Assembly: GCA_963702095.1 (NCBI GenBank)
Contig: OY969706.1
Coordinates: forward strand, 1,408,001-1,472,000
DNA from: Candidatus Bathyarchaeota archaeon
GTDB taxonomy: Archaea > Thermoproteota > Bathyarchaeia > Bathyarchaeales > Bathycorpusculaceae
Direction: 5' to 3'
DNA length: 64,000 nt
A model generated the notes under the pieces. That model was not told the origin of the DNA, made no database searches, and saw only the letters and a program-made list of their open reading frames with translations. Made by a program: the position numbers and the translations under genes. The first letter of the stretch is position 1. Every line of letters begins with the position of its first letter. Shown here piece by piece: positions 9,404 to 20,670 of this stretch.

Positions 9404-10623
9404 TCAAAGAATAATGCGGCTAAGCATCTTTTTAGCTTCTTCGAAACGCATTTGAGCTTCAACCAAGGTTTCTCCATAACCCATGATTAGGGCAACGGCG
9501 TCGGCGCCGTCAGGTAGGGGGAAGGGCGGCGTTATGGTTCCCGGAATTTTGGCAGGCCTCTGCGGTATACTGCAGAGTTAGGCTGCGGTATTTGGGTTTT
9601 TGAGAAGCAAGCAACACCTAAAGTCCGCAGCTTATCAGGCAATTTCCCCATGGTAACCGCCTCGATGAGAGCATGGGCAACGTTGAAGCTGACAACTTGG
9701 CGCAGCCCAACATAAGAGCTTGTTAAACGTGCGTTGACGTCGAGGACAAAGATTTTTTCTTGCCCCAAAACCAAGTCTACCCCCACGTAGCCTCTGAGCC
9801 CAAAAGATTCAACAACCCGCTCAGCCAAAGCCATTGCTTCAGCCTTTTTTGGGTGCTCAAAGGGTACGCAGCCGCCAACATAACTTGACTCTGCCTCAGC
9901 TGCCAAGGTGATTTGCTGCCTGTTCAAAGTAATTGCCACTGCTTTAGTGCCATTTGAGAGCAGGCTTACGCTTACCGATTCCCCCGCAGCCCTCTCTTGG
10001 ACGATGAACTGTGGGTTTTTGGTTTCGACTCTGATTTTTACGAGGGCAACGGCGATGTCTTGGGCGCAGTCTATCAGGCTTATTCCGCTGCAGCCAGCTC
10101 CATCCATTGGCTTAAAGATAATGGGGTAAGCCAACTGGGATGCGATGGCTTGCTCAACCTGTTGGGGGCTGTCAGCAACGTTTAGCAACAGAGTTTTTGG
10201 TGTTGGGTAACCGTTTTTTTGCAGATTCAAATAGAAGGCGGCTTTGTCAGCGACTTTTGCTATGGCATCTGATGGGCTATTAAGTGAGGTTTTTTTTGTT
10301 TGCTCTGCAAGCTCAACGTATGACTGCAGGGTGTGTCCTGTCTCGGGTGCAATAACATAGATTGCGTCGTTATTCTTAGCCAAATTCAAGAGGAGTTCCT
10401 TTGGTTCATCGGCGTAGAGAACCTGCGACGTATAGTTGGCTTCAAGCGGCGGACTGAGCCTGTAGAGTCTTGAATCAAGCAGAACCGTCACCTGATGCTC
10501 CGCCGCCCTAAAATCAGCGACGACACACCGCAACATAGCAAAACCCTCCGCCAAAACACCCATCGGCAAAGGTTGCCCAGCGTATCCGCCGCCGCACACA
10601 TGCTCATAAACGACTATCCTCAA
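9404..10623 (-). CDS. mfnD: Tyramine--L-glutamate ligase (ATP-grasp); apparent frameshift near 9555
   Basis: EG.AML, IAPET, KPMDGAGCSG, GYVGVD, DVNARLTSSY. The C-terminus continues in another frame (AKIPGTITPPFP...MRFEEAKKMLSRIIL*) to TGA at 9404. Confidence 0.75.
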
Positions 10624-10660
10624 AGTTCAGCCTCAGAGGCAATTTGAGTTTTGCATGGTG

Positions 10661-11794
10661 TTAAAGCTTTTCTGTCGTTAACTCCGCCAAAAAGGCTTTG
10701 GCGTGCCTGCGCTTTACGTGAGGCATAACGACTAGGCGAATGCAGTCATAGCGTGGGATGTAGGAGACAAACCAGCCCTGCTTCCACAGGCGTTCAGCTA
10801 AATGTTTGGTGTTTTCGCTTCGGAATGCTGCCACGTTCAGGGTTGGTTTGGATACGAGTTTGAACCCTGCTTTTCTTAGCCCGTCAGCGATATATGCGGT
10901 ATTTCTCATGCACTCAGCCACGATTTTTTGGAACCCTTCTCTGCCCAGCAATCGAAAAACTGCCCACGCCGACGCCGCCGAAGCGCCCGACCTTGTGCCG
11001 ACAAAGGTGTAGTGGGCTTGGTCGTTGAGGTAAGGGGTTGCGGTTTTTAGGGCTTCAAGCATACAGGGGTTTCGGAACAGGATGCCGCCTGCGGGTATGG
11101 CTGCCATGCCCATTTTGTGGGGGTCCACGGTGACGGATTTGACGCCTTCAAGCCTGAAATCAAATGGATAAGTGACTTTAGGCAGAAAAGGCAGTACCAA
11201 ACCGCCGAAAGCCGCATCCACATGCAAATGCAACCCATGCTCCACGGCGATTTCCGAGAGCGCCTCGATGGGGTCAACGACGCAAAGTTCAGCGGTTCCG
11301 GCGGTGCCTACCAAAGCCACCGTGTTCTCGCTGATTAGCCCTTCAACTGCTTTAGCATCGACTCTATAGGCGCTGTCCAGTGGGGCGTAGATGGGTTTTA
11401 GGTTGAGTAGGCGGCAGATTTTTGTGAAGGAGAAATGGGCTGACTGTGGCAGAACAACCTCGGGGGAAGCGTTTTTGGCTGCGTTTTTCGCTGCCTGAAG
11501 CGCGAGGAGGTTTGCTTCTGTGCCGCCTGACACGACCAAGCCACAGGTGCCTTTGCCGTTGAGTAAATCGGAAAGCTGCGCGACCACTTCGTGCTCCAAC
11601 TTTGCCGCGGCGGGAAAAAGTCCTTGGTCACCCAAGTTGGATTCAAAAAAAAGTTCATACGCTTTTTTGGCGATTGGGTGCGGCTGGGTGCACATGGAAC
11701 AGAGGATTCTGCCGCTGCTATACCGCTGGTTTTGGAGCTGGCGACGTTTTAATTCTTCTAAAACCGCTTTTCTGCCACAGCCCTCACGCTGCAA
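10661..11794 (-). CDS. mfnA: L-tyrosine/L-aspartate decarboxylase (PLP)
   Basis: SMCTQPH, NLGDQGLFP, SGGTEAN, HVDAAFGG, DPHKMG. Confidence 0.9.
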   Translation of the reverse strand: MQREGCGRKAVLEELKRRQLQNQRYSSGRILCSMCTQPHPIAKKAYELFFESNLGDQGLFPAAAKLEHEVVAQLSDLLNGKGTCGLVVSGGTEANLLALQAAKNAAKNASPEVVLPQSAHFSFTKICRLLNLKPIYAPLDSAYRVDAKAVEGLISENTVALVGTAGTAELCVVDPIEALSEIAVEHGLHLHVDAAFGGLVLPFLPKVTYPFDFRLEGVKSVTVDPHKMGMAAIPAGGILFRNPCMLEALKTATPYLNDQAHYTFVGTRSGASAASAWAVFRLLGREGFQKIVAECMRNTAYIADGLRKAGFKLVSKPTLNVAAFRSENTKHLAERLWKQGWFVSYIPRYDCIRLVVMPHVKRRHAKAFLAELTTEKL

Positions 11795-11796
11795 GG

Positions 11797-12519
11797 CTAA
11801 GCCCTCTGCAAACGTTTAACGGTTTCAGCTAACTCGGCTACGAGTTCACGGGTTATTGTGCCCTTGTTGCGGTCGTTGTCGGTGCATGCAGCACCCCTTA
11901 AACCCACAATGTCCGCGCCTAAACGGTGAACTATGGACAGGTCCTCTTTTCGCAGTGAACCCGCCAACGCCGCCTCCAATCCAGAGGCATGGGAGGATTC
12001 GACGAAGGTTTGGAGTTGCTGGGCGGTTTGATGTGTGAAGAGGTATGATCCGTCTTTGATGGCGGTGTCAAGCATGGCAACGTCGGCTTTGCCTTCACAG
12101 GCGATTTGAGGAATAAATGCGGGGTCTATGGTGCCGATTTTTTCTGCGTCTGCATAGCCTGTCGCGACCACTTTGATTTGGGGGTTGCAGTCTTTGGCGG
12201 CTCTGCACACTTGCTGTAACAAGAAAACCGCTTCGTCGCGGGTTTTTACCCCGTATAATCCCACTTTAACATAGTTCACCCCTAAAGATGCAGCGCCCAA
12301 TGCAGCAAGCGAGATGGAGCCGGGAAGGTTCGGGGCGTCACCTAGGGCACAGCTGACTTCGATGGGTTTAGGTGTTAAATCAGCGATTTTTTTGATAACC
12401 CATGGGAAATTGGCGCCTAACGCGCCTTCTTTGGGGTTTTTAACGTCAATTATGTCTGCGCCGCCCAGTATGGCTTCTAGGGCTTCGACTTCGTTGATGG
12501 GGCTTATTAGGAGCTTCAA
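11797..12519 (-). CDS. mfnB: (5-formylfuran-3-yl)methyl phosphate synthase
   Basis: LLISP..EEA-like, DIIDVKNPKEGALGANFPWVI, MLDTAIKDG, ALAGSL, GLRGAAC. Confidence 0.9.
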   Translation of the reverse strand: MKLLISPINEVEALEAILGGADIIDVKNPKEGALGANFPWVIKKIADLTPKPIEVSCALGDAPNLPGSISLAALGAASLGVNYVKVGLYGVKTRDEAVFLLQQVCRAAKDCNPQIKVVATGYADAEKIGTIDPAFIPQIACEGKADVAMLDTAIKDGSYLFTHQTAQQLQTFVESSHASGLEAALAGSLRKEDLSIVHRLGADIVGLRGAACTDNDRNKGTITRELVAELAETVKRLQRA

Positions 12520-12658
12520 TTGGGCATCACACAGATGCGGTTTGACGGTGCCTTTAAAGTTTTTCTATACAATTATGTATTTCAGTTTTTTATCGAGTTC
12601 CCCTATAAACAAGAGTTTTGAATACGGTTATTGAGTAGTTTTGAATCAAAAGTTTGGT

Positions 12659-12796
12659 GTTCTGCTTGCGGTTTATTCCACAACCAGCCAGCAAGGCATT
12701 TCAGTTGCAGAATGCAAAACACAGTCGCCTGCAAATCCCATAGGAAGAAGATGAGCAAGGGGCGCTCCGCCTTCTTCTTAAACTAGAAAAAACAAA
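12659..12796. repeat. Dispersed intergenic repeat, copy 1
   Basis: GTTCTGCTTG.GGTTT..TCC.CAACCAGCC.GCAA...GAAGA.GATG...CTTCTTCTTAA.CTAGAAAAA.CAAA shared with 22689-22826. Confidence 0.65.
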
Positions 12797-12826
12797 AAAC
12801 CAAGTTTACTCACCATTAAGTGGAAT

Positions 12827-13171
12827 TTAGTGTTTTAGTGCGATTAACTCGTACTTGGTCGGTTTCGACCCAGACGCCTTCATAGCCTGCAATGCTTTGT
12901 AGCGTTGGGGGTCGCCCATGGCTGACTCGAACACTTGCTGCTCCAACTCAGCAGTGAACTCGGTTTCATATACTTTGACGGTGGCCTGATAGATTTTGGC
13001 TCGTTTGACTTTAGATAAATCAACCGTTTTGTCGGCGCTTAGGCAAAGCGGTATGTTCCCATCTAAGTCTAAGGCGTCCACATGGCGTTGTTTGGTTTCA
13101 ACTCGGGTGACACGGATCTTTTTTTGCACTGTTTCGATGTGTTTCCAGTTGGGCTGCATCATACTAATCAA
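12827..13171 (-). CDS. Hypothetical protein
   Basis: 114-aa ORF with protein-like composition between pelota and the mfn operon. Confidence 0.6.
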   Translation of the reverse strand: MISMMQPNWKHIETVQKKIRVTRVETKQRHVDALDLDGNIPLCLSADKTVDLSKVKRAKIYQATVKVYETEFTAELEQQVFESAMGDPQRYKALQAMKASGSKPTKYELIALKH

Positions 13172-13243
13172 ACACTCGTAGCGATGTATCCGTTTGTGTT
13201 AAATTTGTTGCGGTTAGAAAAGCAGAAAAATAGGTTTAGAGGT

Positions 13244-14338
13244 TTAGCTTTGGCTTGCTTGTTCCCTATAAATTGGGAACCGTAGTAGCGCCGCTATGCC
13301 CCCCAGCGAAACCAACTTAAAACCCGCCTCGTGCTCAGTGCTAACCACTGTCACTGCGGCGTTGCGTCTTTCCACTTGATGCATAAGGTCTTCAAGTTTA
13401 AGCCTCTGTTGCTCATCGGCATCACGCAAGGTCGTATCCGCAATCACCAGCTTCTCCACAGCACCCATCATCACCGCATTCTCAACCGCGTCTAAGCCAT
13501 AGGTGACTGTACCTGCCCCTTTACCTAGCCGCTTCATCACTTCCTCAATGGTTTCAGTTTCCTCTACGATGCGGAGTTGATGCGCAGTTTTCAGTAAGAC
13601 GCCTGAGCGTAGCGCTTCGTCGATGCCTGCTGTGCCGCCGTTGTTAACGCTTTTAATGTCAACCACTGCCTTGGACAATTCCCTGTTTTCATCTTGAAGA
13701 TAATTAACAAAGTCGTTTTTTACGTAGCCAGCACCAATAATAACAATGGGGTTATGTTTTGGCGCCCAGAGTTTTTCTATGCTGGTTAAAGCGAGTTTAA
13801 AGTAGCCTTTAGTGGCTTCGACGCGTTTGTCCGCGTCCTGCTTGCCGGGAAGCCGAGTGCGTTGTTCCACACGGGTTTCGTAGCCGTACTGTTTGGTTTC
13901 AGCTATGGCAAAGCCTTCATCGTCGATGGAGAGTATAAGCAAGGGTTTTTCGGTTTCGCTTGCCTTTTCCAGTCGGTCCAAGAGGTGTTTGGGCCATTCT
14001 TTCTTTACAATGGTCATTTGCTGGTTAAGTGCAATGGCGAGCGTATGATGGGCACCTGTGGGTATTATGTCGGGGGCGTGGATTATTAAGCCGTGGACCC
14101 GCAGTTTACCTAGGAACTTGTCCCAACCTACCGATTCTACTCTAACGCCCATGAAAACTGAAACGCGTTCGCCGCTTTTGGGGCGACTGGTTTCTGTGTC
14201 GCTTTTAATGGCGCGGCTGCTGTAGGCGTAGACTTCGTCGCCTTTATAGACGACGTTGTATAGGTGCCAGAGGTCGTCTGGGGTGTCGGGGACGACTTTG
14301 ACGAAGCCTTGGTGGAGGTCTTTTTGGATAATTTTCAA
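13244..14338 (-). CDS. pelA: mRNA surveillance protein pelota
   Basis: DDLWHLYNV..KGD, GAHHTL, eRF1-like domains, C-terminal LGGIAALLRF. Confidence 0.95.
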   Translation of the reverse strand: MKIIQKDLHQGFVKVVPDTPDDLWHLYNVVYKGDEVYAYSSRAIKSDTETSRPKSGERVSVFMGVRVESVGWDKFLGKLRVHGLIIHAPDIIPTGAHHTLAIALNQQMTIVKKEWPKHLLDRLEKASETEKPLLILSIDDEGFAIAETKQYGYETRVEQRTRLPGKQDADKRVEATKGYFKLALTSIEKLWAPKHNPIVIIGAGYVKNDFVNYLQDENRELSKAVVDIKSVNNGGTAGIDEALRSGVLLKTAHQLRIVEETETIEEVMKRLGKGAGTVTYGLDAVENAVMMGAVEKLVIADTTLRDADEQQRLKLEDLMHQVERRNAAVTVVSTEHEAGFKLVSLGGIAALLRFPIYREQASQS

Positions 14339-14459
14339 CTAAATCCGTCTCGGTTGATACTTGAATGCATAAACAGGTAGAAATATACTGCGGAGCAAAG
14401 AGTAGATAAAACTTTAAATCCCATGCAAACTAAACTTTAATTGCGTTTTAGGTGTTTTT

Positions 14460-14789
14460 ATGTCTGAAAATCTTCACCAGTACATGTGCCAATACCTAGA
14501 AAAAAATATTGACCCCTTCAAAGGATGCCTTGTCGCTGCATTAAAAAGCAAATGTGAATACCTAAGTCTGCTCGACCAAAGTTTAGGCACCCCCATGCCA
14601 TCGGATGACATTCGAAACTGCGAGTTATTAGCTCATGCAGGCTTGTTCCGAGAAGAAATTCGGCTTAACCGCGACGGACGCAACCGATACAAACTGTTTT
14701 TCCTAACCGACTCAGGGAGGCGGCTTGCTACGGCAATCGAGCATGAAGGTTTCGACGGAGACATTCCCGAAAGTATACCTGTAATCTAA
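14460..14789 (+). CDS. Hypothetical protein, possible winged-helix
   Basis: L.HAGL.......RNRYKLFFLTDSGRRLA resembles a wHTH wing. Confidence 0.55.
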   Translation: MSENLHQYMCQYLEKNIDPFKGCLVAALKSKCEYLSLLDQSLGTPMPSDDIRNCELLAHAGLFREEIRLNRDGRNRYKLFFLTDSGRRLATAIEHEGFDGDIPESIPVI

Positions 14790-14858
14790 TCTAAGTTGGC
14801 TTCTAAAAGATTGGACAAAAAAGTTTTGGGCGGGAAGAGAAAACTTCCCGTGGATTGC

Positions 14859-17061
14859 TTAGTGTATCAGTTGTAGCAGATTGTAGAACACTGGGATGAA
14901 GACGATGGAGAGCGTGCTTAGCAACTTGATGAGGACGTGGAGGCTTGGGCCTGCTGTATCTTTGAGTGGGTCGCCAACTGTGTCGCCTACGACTGCTGCT
15001 GCATGTGCTGGACTGCCTTTGCCGCCGAATTTGCCTGATTCGATGAATTTCTTTGCGTTATCCCATGCGCCGCCGCCTGTGTTCATAAACAGTGCCAATG
15101 GAACTGCAGATAGTGTTGCGCCGATGACGAATGCGCCGACTGCTTCGGGGCCGAGGAGGACACCGACTATGATCGGGAAAATCACAAGGATTAATCCTGG
15201 AAGTACCATGCCTTTTAATGCGGATTTTGTGCTGATGTCTACTGCTTTGCCGTAGTCTGGTTTACCTGTGCCGTCCATGATGCCGGGGATTTCTCTGAAT
15301 TGGCGTCTGACTTCTTCAACCATTTCGGCCGCTGCTTTTCCAACTGCGCTGATCGCTTGGCTACTGAAGAAGAAGGGCAGCATTGCGCCGAGGAAGCCTG
15401 CAATGAGTACAGCTGGGTTGGATATGTCTACGATGAAGGGTACGCCTGTTTGTAGTGTTACTTCTGAAGCATAGGTTTGGAATAGCAATTGCGCCGCAAG
15501 CAAGGCTGAGCCGAGTGCAAAGCCTTTTGTGAGTGCTTTTGTTGTGTTGCCGACTGCATCAAGGGCTTCCATGGTTTCTTCTGCGCCGCCTTCACCGGAC
15601 ATTTCGGCTATGCCGGCTGCGTTGTCAGCGATTGGACCAAAGCCGTCGAGGGCTAAGACCATGCCCATAACTGCGAGCATACCCATGGTTGCAAGGGTGG
15701 TTCCGTAGATGCCGCCGATGAATGGGTCTATGTATGTGCTATTGGTGGCGTTCCATGAAGCTGCGAATTGCGTTCCAAAGAAGTATGAAACTATCAGGGC
15801 GATGACCAGTGAGATTATCGGTAGCGCTGTGGTTTCGAGTCCTACTGCGAACCCTGTGATAATGTTGGTTGCGGCGCCTGTTTCGCTGGCTTTAGCAATC
15901 CGTCCGACTGGTTTGCGGTCGCTTCCTGTGTAGTAGTCTGTGATGTAGTCGATTGCTACACTTGCAGCTAAGCCCGCGAGTAAGCAGAAGTAGAGGTAAA
16001 TGTAAGTCATGGAGATAGTCATGTCACCTAAGAGTACAATGTCAGCGATTAAGAACAGTATGCCTGAAACGATGGTGGTTACTGAGGAGGCCTTTGCGTA
16101 GTGCTTTCATTGGGTGTTTTGCTTCTGCAGCGGTAAGCTTCACAAAGGGCATGCCGATTAATGTGGCAAAGATGCCCAAGGCGCGAGCGATCAAGGGGAA
16201 TATCAAGAAGATGAGGTTTCCTGTTGCAATACTGATTAAGCCGCCGATGATCATGCCACCGATGTTTTCGCCAGTGGCTGATTCAAAGAGGTCAGCTCCT
16301 CTGCCAGCGCTGTCACCGACATTGTCACCGACGTTGTCAGCGATAACTGCTGGGTTACGTGGGTCGTCTTCAGGTATGCCTGCTTCAACTTTTCCCACGA
16401 GGTCTGCACCGACGTCTGCAGCTTTAGTGTAGATGCCGCCTCCAAGCTGCGCAAACAATGCGATCAAAGAGGCGCCAAAACCCATGCCCACGATGCCACT
16501 TGCTGCATTTCTACCAAGAGTTGCTGCTTCTGTGACGTTCATGGTGTTAAACATGGCGTTAAAGCCGCCGTAAAGCAAAAACAGAAAACTCACACCCAAC
16601 AAAGATAAACCAACAACCGCCATACCCATCGTGGCACCACCGTAAAACGCAGTTTTAAGCGCTGCTTCCGCGCCATGCTCTTTTGCCGCCGCCACGGTGC
16701 GAACATTTGCTTTTGTCGCGTTATCCATGGCGATGTAGCCAGCCGCTAAAGATGCGACTGCCCCAACCAGGAACGCTGCCGCCGTGCCGACGCCGTAGGG
16801 TCCGCTTGGCAAAGCAATCCATAGTAGGACAAAAATAACCACTGTAATTATAGCGATGGTTCTGTACTGCCTTTTGAGGAAGGCATAGGCGCCTTCGCGT
16901 ATTGCGTTGCCTACTTCGACGGTTTTGGGTCCGCCTGGACTCATTTTACCGATTCTATACATGAGTAGAAGAGAGGCAACAACAGCAATAACGCCTGCAA
17001 CTGGTGCAATCCAAAACACTGAGGGGTTTGTAGAAGTTAAGGTTTGTAGGGGGATGTACAT
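14859..17061 (-). CDS. hppA: Membrane H+-translocating pyrophosphatase, K+-independent type; frameshift near 16087
   Basis: GGGIYTKAADVGADLVGKVEAGIPEDDPRNP, DNVGDNVGD, DGFGPIADNA, GNTTKA (Lys = K+-independent), GDTVGDPLKDTAGP. Two track ORFs join if one base is removed. Confidence 0.9.
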
Positions 17062-17231
17062 GCACAACAAGCCATTTCATTTTACTTATAAAATTTTCCA
17101 TGCGATTTTTTTAATTTATCGTTTGAACCCCAAATTAGCTTTAACTATGCATTTTTCTCGGATAATTCGCTTGGTTGTATTTTTAAGGAAGCCACACATA
17201 TTTCAAATAAGAGTATCTAGTAGTGAGTCGA

Positions 17232-18357
17232 ATGCCCCAGAGACTAATCGTGGTTAAAGTAGGCACAAACGGAATAACCAACAGCGACGGCGAACTTGAC
17301 AGCCAAGAAATGGCGAACCTTGCCGAGCAGATTGCAGATGGCCGCCAAACAGGGTGACCGCATAGTGCTGGTTACTTCGGGCGCGGTAGCCGCAGGCATA
17401 GCTGAACTGGGTATCCCGCCTAAACCCAAAGACATGGCGTTTCAGCAAGCAGCCGCCGCCACGGGTCAGAGCGTATTGATGGCGCTGTATCGGGAACTCT
17501 TCAGAAAACACGACCTAAAAGTGGCGCAGATACTGCTCACAGCCGAAGACCTCTCTAATCGCGCCTCATACGTGCACACCTGCGACGTTTTGAATTTACT
17601 GCTTAAAGTCGGCGTGGTCCCAATCATAAACGAAAACGACGTGACCAGCGTTGACGAATTGATGCGTACCGAAGGCTACAGGGTAAACTTTAGCGATAAC
17701 GACCGCCTCAGCGTGTTGGTTGCTGGAGCCATTTGCGCAGACCTAGTCATCATCCTCTCCGACGTTGAGGGCTTATACACAGCTGACCCCAAAGAACCCG
17801 GCGCCGAACTCATAAAAACCGTCGAAGCCGTAACCCCCAAACTCAAAGAGTCACTGAGCGGTAAAAGCAAACGGGGCAGAGGCGGAATACAGAGCAAACT
17901 CAAAGCCGCTGAAATCGCCACTTCGTGCGGCATTCCTGTGGTCATCGCCAACAGTCGACGCCCAAACGTGATCGTGGACGTTTTGGCGGGCAAAGAAGTT
18001 GGCACTTACTTCAAACCTCAAGAGCGCATGCCAGCAGTTAAGCGGTGGATAGCTTACGGCGCCGCAGTTAAAGGCACCATCCACGTTAATGCTGGAGCAA
18101 AAAAAGCTATTTTGGAAGGTTCCAGTTTGCTGCCTGTGGGCGTAACTGAAGTTGTGGGCTCGTTCAACGAGGGTGATGTGGTCAGTTTAGCGGATGAAAA
18201 AGGCGAATTCGCCCGGGGTAACCCCAACTACAATAGCACACAGTTAAACCTAATTAAAGGGCTCCAAGTATCAGAAGTACAGCGGAAACTCGGTGCAGAC
18301 AAACCCAAAGAAGTCGTTGACCACCGAAACATCCACCTCACAGAGGAGTCAGCATGA
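17232..18357 (+). CDS. proB: Glutamate 5-kinase with PUA domain; frameshift near 17340
   Basis: N-terminus MPQRLIVVKVGT from ATG 17232 in another frame; VTSGAVAAG, PIINEND, FSDNDRLS, GGIQSKL; PUA C-terminus. Confidence 0.9.
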
Positions 18358-19601
18358 GCATGATAGAGGAAATATGCATCAAAGCCAAAGCGGCAGCGTT
18401 TGAAATGGGCAAGCTCTCAGCAGACGCCAAAAACAATGCGCTCTGCAGAATGGCAAACGCGTTGGAAGCCAACGCTGAAAAGATTTTGGCAGCCAACAAA
18501 ATCGACGTTGAAGCAGCTAAAGCCCGTGGACTTAAAGCTTCACTGCTAGACCGTTTGGCACTGGACCAGAAGAAAATCCAAACCATGGCTAGGGAACTCC
18601 GCGAAGTCTCAGCATTGCCCGATCCCATAGGCACTTACTTGGCGACTTGGACTCGCCCCAACGGATTGATCATAAGCCAAATCCGCGTACCCATGGGCGT
18701 AGTAGGCGTAATCTACGAATCCCGACCTAACGTCACCTCAGATTCGGCTGGCATCTGCATAAAATCAGGCAACGCTGTCATCCTCCGAGGCGGCTCCGAT
18801 GCGTTGCATTCAAACGTAGCAATCGGCGAAGTCCTCCGCGAAGCACTCGTGGGAACAAACGTGCCTGCAGATGCTATCCAAATCGTCAATTCGCCTGACC
18901 GCAAAGCCGCCGAGGAACTCATGAGCATGCGCCGATACATTGATGTGCTGGTGCCCAGAGGAGGCGCAGACCTAATCAACACCGTCGTGGAGAAGTCGCG
19001 CATCCCAGTTATCGAAACAGGCACAGGCAACTGCCACGTCTATGTTGAAAAGGATGCGGACCTCGAAAAGGCTACGCCTATCGTGATAAACGCAAAAGTT
19101 CAGCGGCCTGGCGTCTGTAACGCAGCCGAGAAGCTGATTGTGCACAGCGGAATCGCTAAGTCTTATCTGCCAGTGATCATTGCGGAATTGCGTAAGAATG
19201 GCGTCGAAGTTCGAGGCGACGAAGCCACCCAAAAAATCGCCCCCGACGTCAAAGCCGCAACCGAGCAGGACTGGTACACCGAATACCTCGACCTAATCAT
19301 AGGGATCAAAGTCGTAGACAACTTAGATGAAGCAATTGCTCATATCAACAAGTACGGTACACACCACTCAGATAGCATTGTCACAGCCAGCTTCGACAAA
19401 GCCATGCGGTTCCTAAAGGAGGTCGACTCCGCCGCAGTCTACTGGAACGCTTCCACCCGATTCACAGACGGCAACCAATTTGGCTTAGGCGCAGAAATCG
19501 GCATATCCACACAGAAACTGCATGCACGCGGACCCATGAGCGTCCAGCACCTCACCACAACCAAGTACGTTGTGTTAGGCGATGGACAGATTAGGAAATA
19601 G
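18354..19601 (+). CDS. proA: Gamma-glutamyl phosphate reductase
   Basis: IYESRPNVT, GNCHVYV, CNAAE, NASTRFTDG..FG.GAEIGISTQKLHARGP. Confidence 0.95.
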   Translation: MSMIEEICIKAKAAAFEMGKLSADAKNNALCRMANALEANAEKILAANKIDVEAAKARGLKASLLDRLALDQKKIQTMARELREVSALPDPIGTYLATWTRPNGLIISQIRVPMGVVGVIYESRPNVTSDSAGICIKSGNAVILRGGSDALHSNVAIGEVLREALVGTNVPADAIQIVNSPDRKAAEELMSMRRYIDVLVPRGGADLINTVVEKSRIPVIETGTGNCHVYVEKDADLEKATPIVINAKVQRPGVCNAAEKLIVHSGIAKSYLPVIIAELRKNGVEVRGDEATQKIAPDVKAATEQDWYTEYLDLIIGIKVVDNLDEAIAHINKYGTHHSDSIVTASFDKAMRFLKEVDSAAVYWNASTRFTDGNQFGLGAEIGISTQKLHARGPMSVQHLTTTKYVVLGDGQIRK

Positions 19602-19892
19602 CTGTTGCTCTGCCACTACCCCCCTTCCCCTATATAAAGCGGTAACCAATGGGCACCCTCCCGCTGTATTTTTGTAGTTTGTAATAGGCATCAAATGGTT
19701 AGTGTATCATTTGGTCAAACCTTCCGAAGGTGCCGAATGATATCTAACTGCAATTGTCAATGAGATTGAGTAATCAGCTTAATTCTGAAAAGCCCTGAAT
19801 TTGATTAACCATGCTACAACTATTGTAAACTTTATATGATTTGGTAGACAAATGGTTATTCAGGGCTACACTGTCCTGCAGGCGGCTTTTCT

Positions 19893-20249
19893 GTGACTCC
19901 GATTAAAGCCCATGTAGGCTCCAAAAAATCGAGCGCAAAAACAAAAAAGAACGATTTACCAATTGAGGCTATATTTATACAAAACACTCAAAGAAGGATC
20001 ATCGAAGCTTATTTGCCTATAATAATTATGACCCGCTTAAAAGAAGCGAGCATAACTAGCGCAAGTGACATAATCGCAACAGTGAAGAATAGATATAGCA
20101 TCCAAATCAGCCCAGGCACCGTATACCCAGTGTTATATAAACTTGAGAAAAGTGAATATATTGCGAGAGTCCCGCAAAGGTATAAGCAGATCTTCATTTT
20201 AACGTCTAGGGGGGCCTCTATCGAGACTCTAAGTGATTCATTTCAATAA
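19893..20249 (+). CDS. PadR-like winged-helix regulator (possibly decaying)
   Basis: ISPGTVYPVLYKLEK..YI...LT.RG. Confidence 0.6.
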   Translation: MTPIKAHVGSKKSSAKTKKNDLPIEAIFIQNTQRRIIEAYLPIIIMTRLKEASITSASDIIATVKNRYSIQISPGTVYPVLYKLEKSEYIARVPQRYKQIFILTSRGASIETLSDSFQ

Positions 20250-20315
20250 AAATTATAATCGAGAAAAAAACGTTTAAGGTGAACCTAATCTATGCGTAGA
20301 GAAAACAACATTCTT

Positions 20316-20534
20316 CTAAATACTTGACTTCTTGCGAGACAAAATATCCGAGACGAGCGCCGCGATAAAGATTAGAACAGTCAACGCTATTAATCCATAG
20401 AAAAATGCCGTAGGACTAATAATATTATTAATTACAGTAAACCAAAGCGCTATAATAGTGGTGACCTGCACAATGAAAAAAAGTATCAATTGCTTTATTT
20501 TACTTGAATAACTATATCGAATATCCCTGTCCAT
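20316..20534 (-). CDS. Small 2-TM membrane protein
   Basis: 72 aa with two hydrophobic helices; divergent from the 540-aa gene. Confidence 0.55.
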   Translation of the reverse strand: MDRDIRYSYSSKIKQLILFFIVQVTTIIALWFTVINNIISPTAFFYGLIALTVLIFIAALVSDILSRKKSSI

Positions 20535-20670
20535 AAAAGCATAATATTTCCAATCAGTTTAAAAGCTTTACCCTAAAATCAAAAATCGAAAAAATGAATA
20601 AGCATATTAAATTCTTGAATTGAACTAAAAAATAGAGCTGAGTAAAAAAGCGCACAAAAAATGACAGGGA

